64,000 nucleotides of DNA from Bacteroidia bacterium (GTDB lineage: Bacteria > Bacteroidota > Ignavibacteria > UBA10030): the NCBI GenBank assembly GCA_022180565.1, contig BQML01000019.1, positions 19,381-83,380 on the forward strand, given 5' to 3'. The notes under the pieces are model-generated. The model made no database searches. It saw only the letters and a list, made by a program, of their open reading frames with translations, and was not told the DNA's origin. Made by a program: the position numbers and the translations under genes. This document shows, one piece after another, positions 45,727-53,509 of this stretch. Position 1 is the first letter of the stretch. Every line of letters starts with the position of its first letter.

Positions 45727-46275
45727 ATGCTCTCTCCCGCTCCCGATATCGAATTGCGGCCGTTCAAGGACCGCGACGCTCCGGAGCTTTACCGCCGCAT
45801 CGAAGCGAACCGCTCGTATTTGCGGAAGTGGCTTCCCTGGCTCGATGCACAACGGACGGTTGAAAACAGCCTCGACTTCATCCGAGCCACAGGAGCACAG
45901 AACGATCGCAAGGAAGCTCTCACGCTCGGCATCTGGTGGCGCAGAGAACTGTGCGGGGTCATCAGTATGCACCGAATCGATTGGCCCAACCGGGCGGCCA
46001 TGATCGGATACTGGCTCTCGGAGGATCACCAGGGCAAGGGCATCATGACCGATTCCTGCCGTGCTCTGGTGACGTATGCCTTCACGTCGCTCCGGCTTCA
46101 CCGGATAGAAATCCGTTGTGCCACCGGCAATTCCAGGAGTCAGGCAATTGCTGAAAGGCTTGGTTTCGTGAAAGAAGCCGTTCTCCGCGACGCGGAGTGG
46201 CTCTACGATCATTTTGTCGATCTGATCGTGTACTCGATGCTTGCTCCCCACTGGAAGGAGCTTCATCATCTCTGA
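45727..46275 (+). CDS. GNAT-family N-acetyltransferase (RimJ/RimL-like)
   Basis: 182 aa; IELRPFKDRDAPELYRRIEANRSYLRKWLPW and GKGIMTD acetyl-CoA pocket. Confidence 0.8.
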   Translation: MLSPAPDIELRPFKDRDAPELYRRIEANRSYLRKWLPWLDAQRTVENSLDFIRATGAQNDRKEALTLGIWWRRELCGVISMHRIDWPNRAAMIGYWLSEDHQGKGIMTDSCRALVTYAFTSLRLHRIEIRCATGNSRSQAIAERLGFVKEAVLRDAEWLYDHFVDLIVYSMLAPHWKELHHL

Positions 46276-46298
46276 GCTTTTCACACAAGGAATCTCAC

Positions 46299-47933
46299 AT
46301 GTCCCGAACCATTCTATTTCTTCTGTTCCTCTTCCTTTTCCTTCCGCTCTCTTTTCTTGGAGCGCAAGAACGCCGTACCGTTCCCAAGGCGCCTCCTCGT
46401 GCCGAAGGTGAAGGACCGTTCAATCGGCTGACCATTCGTGGCGTGATTGTCATCGACGGGACCGGCGCGCCTCCTGTGGGCCCGATGGATGTGATCGTGG
46501 AAAAAAACCGTATTGTCGCCATACGCTCTGTGGGGGTGCCGGGCCTGCCCTTGGATTCGACCCGAAGGCCGAGGCTTGAGGCCGGTGACAGGGAACTCGA
46601 CTGCGGCGGAATGTATCTTTTGCCCGGATTTGTGGATATGCACGGCCATGTCGGGGGTGTTCAGCAGGGTACCCCTGCGGAGTACGTCTTCAAGCTCTGG
46701 ATGGGGCACGGCATCACAACGATTCGTGACCCCGGCAGTGGGAACGGACTCGACTGGATGCTGGAGCACAAGCAGAAAAGTGCGCGCAACGAGATTACCG
46801 CTCCGAGAATAAAGGCCTATGTCGTCTTCGGCTCAGGACACCGGGGACCCATCACGACGCCCGATCAGGCCAGGGCATGGGTGCGCGAGATCGCCTCGAA
46901 GGGCGCCGACGGCATCAAGTTCTTCGGCGCGCGGCCCGATATCTTCACCGCAGCGCTTGATGAGGCAAAAAAACAGGGCCTCCGTACCGCTTGCCATCAT
47001 GCACAGCTTGGCGTCGCGCGCATGAACGCTTTGCAAACGGCGCGTGCAGGCCTCACCACCATGGAGCACTGGTACGGACTGCCTGAGGCGTTGTTCACCG
47101 AACGAACCGTGCAGGACTACCCGGGGGAATACAATTACAGCGACGAACAGCACCGGTTTGCCGAGGCAGGCAGACTTTGGAAGCAGGCGGCTCCGCCGGG
47201 AAGTCCGAGGTGGAACGAGGTCATGCAGGAATTGCTTGCTCTGGACTTCACCATCGATCCCACCTTCACCATCTATGAGGCCAGTCGGGACCTGATGCGC
47301 GAGTACCGGGCGGAGTGGCACGACGCTTACACCCTCCCCTCCCTCTGGGAGTTCTTCAAACCCAACAGAAACGCCCATGGTTCCTACTGGTTTTATTGGA
47401 CAACCGAAGACGAGGTGGCGTGGAAGGAGAACTACCGGATTTGGATGCGGTTCGTGAACGAGTACAAGAACCGGGGAGGGCGTGTGACCACCGGTTCTGA
47501 CGCGGGATACATTTACAAGATCTACGGCTTCGGATATATCCGCGAGCTGGAGCTTTTGCGCGAAGCGGGTTTTCATCCGCTCGAGGTCATCCGCTCGGCA
47601 ACACTCAACGGAGCCGAGGCTCTCGGAATGGATAAGGAGATCGGGAGTATTGAACCGGGCAAGCTGGCCGATTTCGTGATCGTGGAGGAGAATCCTCTGA
47701 AGAATCTCAAAGTCCTCTACGGCACCGGAGCGCTGAAGCTCAATGAGGCCAATGAACCGGTGCGGGTCGGGGGCGTGAAGTACACAGTCAAGGACGGCAT
47801 AGTGTTTGATGCCCGTAAGCTTCTTGCCGACGTGCGCAGGATCGTTCGTGAAGCAAAGGAGGCCGGAGGCGTCATCAAGGTACCCGGCACATCGGGAATC
47901 GCCACTGAGGGCGAAATCGTCACCAAACCTTAG
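46299..47933 (+). CDS. secreted amidohydrolase-family metal-dependent hydrolase
   Basis: ~544 aa from ATG 46299 (AAGGAA RBS); signal peptide MSRTILFLLFLFLFLPLSFLGAQ; LLPGFVDMHGHVGG HxH metal motif. Confidence 0.8.
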   Translation: MSRTILFLLFLFLFLPLSFLGAQERRTVPKAPPRAEGEGPFNRLTIRGVIVIDGTGAPPVGPMDVIVEKNRIVAIRSVGVPGLPLDSTRRPRLEAGDRELDCGGMYLLPGFVDMHGHVGGVQQGTPAEYVFKLWMGHGITTIRDPGSGNGLDWMLEHKQKSARNEITAPRIKAYVVFGSGHRGPITTPDQARAWVREIASKGADGIKFFGARPDIFTAALDEAKKQGLRTACHHAQLGVARMNALQTARAGLTTMEHWYGLPEALFTERTVQDYPGEYNYSDEQHRFAEAGRLWKQAAPPGSPRWNEVMQELLALDFTIDPTFTIYEASRDLMREYRAEWHDAYTLPSLWEFFKPNRNAHGSYWFYWTTEDEVAWKENYRIWMRFVNEYKNRGGRVTTGSDAGYIYKIYGFGYIRELELLREAGFHPLEVIRSATLNGAEALGMDKEIGSIEPGKLADFVIVEENPLKNLKVLYGTGALKLNEANEPVRVGGVKYTVKDGIVFDARKLLADVRRIVREAKEAGGVIKVPGTSGIATEGEIVTKP

Positions 47934-47942
47934 GAGGTTCGT

Positions 47943-49268
47943 ATGCTTTCAACTCTCTCCGCCGAGCCAATGGACCGCAGGGGATTCCTCGCCGCTGCGG
48001 GCAGAGGTCTGGGTCTCGCGGCGCTGACATCGGCAACGGTCGCTTCGCTCCTCGAGGATGTTCATGCGGCCGCCCGCAGTGTCGCGCATCTGTCGCCTGA
48101 GGAAGCGGCCATGAACGAGGACTTCTGGTTCGAAATTCAGAAGGCCTTCACGGTGACGCGTGGCATCACGAATCTGAACAACGGCGGCGTCTCCCCTTCG
48201 CCCCGAATCGTCACCGAAGCGTTTGTCCGCTATACCTGGCAGCAGGAAGATGCCACGGCCTATACGATGTGGCAGATTCTTGAACCGCAGGTGGAGACCA
48301 TACGGTCCGGATTGGCCCGTCTGTTCGGATGCGACCCGGAGGAAATCGCCATCACGCGCAACGCATCGGAGTCCCTCGAGATTGTGCAGATGGGAATGGA
48401 CCTGAAAAGCGGGGACGAGATTCTTTCCACGACCCAGGACTATCCGCGCATGCTTACGACTTTTCGTCAGCGCGAACAACGCGAGGGCCTTCAGCTCAAG
48501 CTCGTGAAGGTGCCCCTGGCACCCGCGAGCATCGATCAAATCACTGATGCCGTCGAACGCGGCATCACGTCAAAGACCCGCCTCATTCTGATATCGCATA
48601 TGATCAACATTACGGGTCAGATCACACCCGTCAAGGCTATCTGCGACCTGGCGCGCGCAAAGGGTATTGACGTCATTGTCGACGGGGCACATTCGTTTGC
48701 CCATTTCGACTTCAAGCACAGCGATCTCCATTGTGATTATTTCGGAACCAGTTTGCACAAATGGCTGTTTGCCCCCAAAGGCACGGGAATGTTATACGTG
48801 CGGAAGGACAAGATCGGGAAGATCTGGCCCCTCATGGCGGCAGACAAGAAGCAGAAGACCGACATCCGGAAATTTGAGGAAATAGGGACCCATTCCGCTG
48901 CGATGCACCTGGCGATCGGCGAGGCCATTCTGTTTCACGAAGGAATCGGGGGAAAACGCAAGGAAGCGCGGCTGCGCTACCTCTCACGCTACTGGATGAA
49001 CAGGCTCAAGGATTTGCCGAACGTGAGATTCAATACGTCATTCGACAGCAATCAGTCCTGCGGGATTGCCAACGTCGAGATCGTCGGTACGGATCCCGTT
49101 GAATTGGCCGCGTATCTGATGAACCGCCATAAACTCTTCACCGTTCCCATCGTACACGAGGAATTCCGCGGTCTTCGCATCACCCCCAATGTCTACACGA
49201 CCCTGAGCGAACTCGACCGGTTCTGCGAGGTCATGGAAACGGTGGCCAAAAAAGGACTTCCACAATAA
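47943..49268 (+). CDS. Tat-exported class-V aminotransferase-fold PLP-dependent enzyme (isopenicillin-N-epimerase/cysteine-desulfurase-like)
   Basis: 441 aa; twin-arginine motif DRRGFLAAAG in N-terminal signal; class-V fold segments (ISHMINITGQ, DGAHSFAH, TSLHKWLFAPKGTGMLYV with PLP lysine context). Confidence 0.8.
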   Translation: MLSTLSAEPMDRRGFLAAAGRGLGLAALTSATVASLLEDVHAAARSVAHLSPEEAAMNEDFWFEIQKAFTVTRGITNLNNGGVSPSPRIVTEAFVRYTWQQEDATAYTMWQILEPQVETIRSGLARLFGCDPEEIAITRNASESLEIVQMGMDLKSGDEILSTTQDYPRMLTTFRQREQREGLQLKLVKVPLAPASIDQITDAVERGITSKTRLILISHMINITGQITPVKAICDLARAKGIDVIVDGAHSFAHFDFKHSDLHCDYFGTSLHKWLFAPKGTGMLYVRKDKIGKIWPLMAADKKQKTDIRKFEEIGTHSAAMHLAIGEAILFHEGIGGKRKEARLRYLSRYWMNRLKDLPNVRFNTSFDSNQSCGIANVEIVGTDPVELAAYLMNRHKLFTVPIVHEEFRGLRITPNVYTTLSELDRFCEVMETVAKKGLPQ

Positions 49269-49293
49269 CCATTCAACTCACCGGAGGCATCAA

Positions 49294-50181
49294 ATGAAAC
49301 GAATCGCTGTTTTGTGTGGAGCGGCACTGCTGGCCGGCGGCGTCGCGACCCTCTCCGCTCAAACGCCCCAGGCACCGGAGCTTCAAGACTTGCGCGTCCC
49401 GCGCATCAGCCAGGGCGCGAGAGTGGAGCAGATGATCGGACTGAGCAAAGTTTCCATCTTCTACCACCGTCCCGGCGTCAAGGGGCGCACGATTTTCGGA
49501 CCGAAGGGCTCGGGCGCACTGTTGCCCTATGGTGAGGTCTGGCGCGCCGGCGCGAACGAACCTACCCTCTTCACCTTCAGTGACGATGTAACGATTGGCG
49601 GCAAACGATTGCGGGCGGGAACGTACAGATTTCTGGCCGTCCCCGGCGCATCCGACTGGACTCTCATCTTCAATTCGGAAGTACGCAACTGGGGCACCGT
49701 GTACCAGCCGGAATACGACACGCTGAAAGTGACGGTGAAGCCCCTTGCGGGCCCTCACGAAGAATGGATGTCGTTCAGCTTCGCCGATCTGACACCGACA
49801 TCGGCGACAGTGATCCTTGCGTGGGACAAGGTGCGCATTCCGTTCACGGTCGAGTTTAATCTTCTGTCAAAACTCCAGGCCTCCGTCGGAAACTCCGGCA
49901 TTTTGCACGGCGCCGCCAGATATGCCCTCGACCATGGCCTGTATCTCAAGGAAGCCCATGAGTGGGTGGATCGCTCTCTTGCGCTCGACAAGAACTTCTT
50001 CAACCTTCGAACAAAAGCCGAGATCCTTGCAAAGGAAGGAAAATACGCGGAGGCTCTTGCGACCGGCGATGAGGCGCTGAAGCTCATTCGGGCGCGGGAT
50101 ATCAACTCGCTCCCCGATTTCCAGCAAGACATGGTGAGGGCGTTCGAGAAACTGCACCAGCAGTGGAAAGCGATGAAATAG
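49294..50181 (+). CDS. secreted hypothetical protein (possibly DUF2911-like N-domain plus C-terminal helical/TPR-like domain)
   Basis: 295 aa; signal peptide MKRIAVLCGAALLAGGVATLSAQ; family call from memory and uncertain. Confidence 0.45.
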   Translation: MKRIAVLCGAALLAGGVATLSAQTPQAPELQDLRVPRISQGARVEQMIGLSKVSIFYHRPGVKGRTIFGPKGSGALLPYGEVWRAGANEPTLFTFSDDVTIGGKRLRAGTYRFLAVPGASDWTLIFNSEVRNWGTVYQPEYDTLKVTVKPLAGPHEEWMSFSFADLTPTSATVILAWDKVRIPFTVEFNLLSKLQASVGNSGILHGAARYALDHGLYLKEAHEWVDRSLALDKNFFNLRTKAEILAKEGKYAEALATGDEALKLIRARDINSLPDFQQDMVRAFEKLHQQWKAMK

Positions 50182-50207
50182 CAGAACGACCCATCGGTCA
50201 ACAACGG

Positions 50208-50239
50208 AAGGCGGCTGTGAGGCCGCCTTTTTGTTTGTT
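50208..50239 (+). terminator. rho-independent terminator between convergent genes (potentially bidirectional)
   Basis: AAGGCGGC-tgtgag-GCCGCCTT stem-loop followed by TTTTTGTTTGTT. Confidence 0.6.
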
Positions 50240-50313
50240 GGGCTCCCGACGGATGGAGCGAGAATCCGAGCCGGAAAATGCCGTCATTGCGAGAGCGCCG
50301 AACGCGTGGCGGC

Positions 50314-51642
50314 TTATCGTGAGACCGACGGATTAAAGGTCCTGATACCGGAGCGGTGAACGAGGAAGGTCGCAAACACCGAAACAAACATCAGGGGAAG
50401 AATCAGGCCGTAATTCCTGCTGATCTCGAACAGGAGCAAGCCGCCCGCGAGGGGCATGCGATAGGTACCGGCGAGCACTGCGCCGCAACAGACAAGAGCG
50501 TACACGCCGGGGGAAGTTCCCGGAATGAAGTATTGAAGCACGTAGCCGAAGGCAAATCCGAACATCGCTCCCACTTTCATGGCCGGAGCAAACGTTCCGC
50601 CCGCGCCTCCGCTTCCGAGCGTCAGAGCCGTCGAAAGCGGTTTCAGCAATACGGTCATCACCGCGACCACAAGGGTGCCGCTTCCAAGAATCGCGCTGTT
50701 CACCGGCTCGTACGTCGTTTCCAGCATTGTGGGAAGCAGAGCCACCAGAAACCCTGCTCCCAGGCCGCCGATGGCCGGCCTGAGGTACGGCGCCACCCCA
50801 GAGAGCGTGAGTTGTACCCTCCGCGCACTCCACGCATACGCCTTTAAGAAGTAGATCGCGACTCCTCCACTCGCCAAACCGGCCAGCGCAAGAAACGCAT
50901 AATCCTCCAGCGTGATCGTCACGAGTCCCGGCGTTATCAAAATCGGCCTGTCTCCCAGGAAAAGGCGCGACGTTGCCGTGGCCATGACCGATGAGATCAC
51001 AAGCGGAATGAACGACTGGACCGAAAGACCTCCGACCACCGTTTCAACGGCAAACAGGACTCCGGCCAGGGGAGCATTGAAGATGCCGCTGATGGCGGCC
51101 GCGGTACCTGCTCCGCAGAGCACGCGCAGTTGATCCGACTTCAATCGGAGAATCCTGCCCAGCGTGGAGCCGATGGACGCGCCCAGGACCACGGTCGGTG
51201 CTTCGCGTCCTGCCCCTCCGCCCGAGCCGATCGACAGCGCCGCGGCCAGAATAGCCTTGGCAGAGGCCCGCTCGTGGATCACCCCTTCTTCTTCCTTGAC
51301 CGCTCGGTGAACCGCGGCAAGATTCTCCTGACCGATTTCCTTGAACACCGTCTGGTTCAGAATGCCGACAAGCAGTCCCCCGAACGCCGTGATGAGCGGA
51401 AAGAACAAGAATCGCAGAATGGAGAGCGGATTGGATTCCGCGGCCACGAAGAACCGATGGAAGAAACTCTCGGAGAGCGACACGCCCGCGTGAAAAACAT
51501 AAACGGCGAATCCGACGGTAATGCCGAGGAGAGCGCAGCTCAAGATCAACCCGTACTCGGTGTGCCGGTAACGCGGCAAGCGTTTGAGTCCTGACGAAAC
51601 GGGCTGGAGCGCCTTTCTGATCCGGTCGATGCGGTTGTTCAT
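50314..51642 (-). CDS. ClC-family voltage-gated chloride channel / H+-Cl- antiporter
   Basis: 442 aa from ATG at 51642 (MNNRIDRIRK); ClC selectivity motifs GSGGGAGREAPTV and GTFAP; longer ORF upstream of this Met would overlap the symporter gene. Confidence 0.8.
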   Translation of the reverse strand: MNNRIDRIRKALQPVSSGLKRLPRYRHTEYGLILSCALLGITVGFAVYVFHAGVSLSESFFHRFFVAAESNPLSILRFLFFPLITAFGGLLVGILNQTVFKEIGQENLAAVHRAVKEEEGVIHERASAKAILAAALSIGSGGGAGREAPTVVLGASIGSTLGRILRLKSDQLRVLCGAGTAAAISGIFNAPLAGVLFAVETVVGGLSVQSFIPLVISSVMATATSRLFLGDRPILITPGLVTITLEDYAFLALAGLASGGVAIYFLKAYAWSARRVQLTLSGVAPYLRPAIGGLGAGFLVALLPTMLETTYEPVNSAILGSGTLVVAVMTVLLKPLSTALTLGSGGAGGTFAPAMKVGAMFGFAFGYVLQYFIPGTSPGVYALVCCGAVLAGTYRMPLAGGLLLFEISRNYGLILPLMFVSVFATFLVHRSGIRTFNPSVSR

Positions 51643-53351
51643 TCCTGCATCCCCTGTTCTGCCCGTAAACCGAAGGCAAACTGAATGAGCGCCGCCCCGA
51701 TCACAACGACCATGCATCCAATCACCGGATACCACAGCCAGGCCACTGTCAGCACATCGCTTCTTTCCAGCAAGAAGAGAGAAATCACGAGGACCTCGCT
51801 CATGACAGCTCCCCAGAAGACAGCCGTCCCCCGTATAAACTTTAGGAAAAACGCCGTGAGGAACACGCCGAGCATCGTTCCATAGAAGAGGGACCCGAGA
51901 ATGTTCACGGCTTCCACAAGTGAGCCAAGGCCGGAGGCCACCTGGGCAAAGAGAATTCCGTAGACGCCCCACAGCGCCATTGCCAACCGGGAAACGAACA
52001 CATAGTGTTTTTCATGCGCCTGCGGCTTCACGTGACGTTTGTACACATCCACAATCGACGTCGTCGCCAGTGCGCTCAGTTCGCCCGAGGTCGAGGTCAT
52101 GGATGCGGCAAAGATGCACGCAAAAATCAGTCCGACCAGCCCCGCCGGGAGATACTGCATCACAAACGAGAGAAACACATAATTGGTATCGTTCGTGTCC
52201 CCGTTGTTGGCGGAGATCAATGCCTCGGCCGCCCGCCTCAGGCGACCCGCTTCCTGCCTGTGCCCTTCCAACGCCGCCCGAGCGGCTTCTCGCTCCGCAG
52301 GGGAGTCTTCCGGTACATCCAGGTACCGTCGTAACGCGTCTGCCGTCTCCGCAACCGTGTTCTCATATTGCCGTTCTAACAGCATGTATTCGCCTGCATA
52401 CCGGCTTTCCTTAATCCTCTGGGTCTCCACCGGATTGAAGAATAACGGTCCCGGTGTGAATTGATAAAACACAAACACCATCACACCGATGAGCAAGATG
52501 AAAAACTGCATGGGCACTTTGGCGATTCCGTTGAACATCAATCCCAGGCGGCTCTGAGCGACCGACGACCCCGTGAGATATCTCTGAACCTGCGACTGGT
52601 CTGTCCCAAAATACGCAAGGGCAACGAACGCCCCCCCAATGATTCCCGACCAAAAATTGTAACGGTTGCTCAGGTCGAAGGAGAAGTCGATGACATTGAG
52701 TTTCCCCATTCCGCCTGCAACCGAGAGGGCGTCTGTGAACGAGATGTCTTCCGGGAGCAACATGATCGTCATGGCGAAGGCAATCATCATGCCGGCCATG
52801 ATAATCAACAGTTGCTGAAAGTCCGTCCAGGTCACCGCTTTCACTCCGCCCGTCGTCGTGTAGACGATGATGGCCCCCCCGATGATCGTGGAGGTCAACC
52901 GCACATCGATCCCAAGCATGACCGACAGAATGATCGATGGGGCATAAATGGTCATTCCCGCGGCGAGACCTCGGGAAATGAGAAAGATGACACTGACCAG
53001 CGTCCGCGTCTTTGCATCGAATCGTGTTTCAAGATACTCGTACGCCGTGTACACATTCATCCGGTGAAAAATCGGGACGGCGGTCATGGCAAGAATCACC
53101 ATCGCGATCGGAAGTCCGAAATAGAACTGGACGAATCGCATCCCATCAACAAACGCCTGCCCCGGCGTGGAAGTGAAGGTGATCGCACTTGCCTGCGTGG
53201 CCATGATGGACAGAGCAACAGTGTACCAGCGCATTTGCCGGTCGGCCAGGAAGTAGCCCTTCATCGTTCCGCTTCCTCGTCCCTTGTACACGCCGTACGA
53301 GACGATCGAGGCAAGCGTCAGGACAAGAACAATCCAGTCGGCGGAGGTCAT
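51639..53351 (-). CDS. sodium:solute symporter (SSS family) with ~60-aa hydrophilic helical insertion
   Basis: ~570 aa from ATG 53351 (MTSADWIVLVLTLASIVSYGVYKGRGSGTMKGYFLADRQM); 13+ TM segments; charged insert ...RRYLDVPEDSPAEREAARAALEGHRQEAGRLRRAAEALISANNGDTNDTNY; stop overlaps ClC start as ATGA. Confidence 0.85.
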   Translation of the reverse strand: MTSADWIVLVLTLASIVSYGVYKGRGSGTMKGYFLADRQMRWYTVALSIMATQASAITFTSTPGQAFVDGMRFVQFYFGLPIAMVILAMTAVPIFHRMNVYTAYEYLETRFDAKTRTLVSVIFLISRGLAAGMTIYAPSIILSVMLGIDVRLTSTIIGGAIIVYTTTGGVKAVTWTDFQQLLIIMAGMMIAFAMTIMLLPEDISFTDALSVAGGMGKLNVIDFSFDLSNRYNFWSGIIGGAFVALAYFGTDQSQVQRYLTGSSVAQSRLGLMFNGIAKVPMQFFILLIGVMVFVFYQFTPGPLFFNPVETQRIKESRYAGEYMLLERQYENTVAETADALRRYLDVPEDSPAEREAARAALEGHRQEAGRLRRAAEALISANNGDTNDTNYVFLSFVMQYLPAGLVGLIFACIFAASMTSTSGELSALATTSIVDVYKRHVKPQAHEKHYVFVSRLAMALWGVYGILFAQVASGLGSLVEAVNILGSLFYGTMLGVFLTAFFLKFIRGTAVFWGAVMSEVLVISLFLLERSDVLTVAWLWYPVIGCMVVVIGAALIQFAFGLRAEQGMQE

Positions 53352-53509
53352 GAAAACGTTTGCATAAAAAGAAGCATCAGGACAATGAGCAAAGCAAGGA
53401 ATCCAAGCACGGCAGTGTAGACGCGCCCCCACGAGCCCAAAAACGGCGGCGGCTCGTCAGCCTGTTGGCCGGTTCGACCGGATGAGTCCGTCGGCGAAGG
53501 ATTCACAAC

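Noticed and set aside
50333-50833. 166-aa minus-strand ORF and 163-aa plus-strand ORF (50356..50847) overlapping the ClC gene
   Set aside because: Frame-shifted shadows of the ClC coding region; Arg/Gly-rich, no motifs.
51642-51972. N-terminal 110 codons of the ClC ORF as given in the track (start 51972)
   Set aside because: This stretch would overlap the symporter coding region in another frame and is Cys/Arg/Gly-rich rather than ClC-like; the ATG at 51642 (MNNRIDRI) gives a normal 442-aa ClC and a neat ATGA junction.
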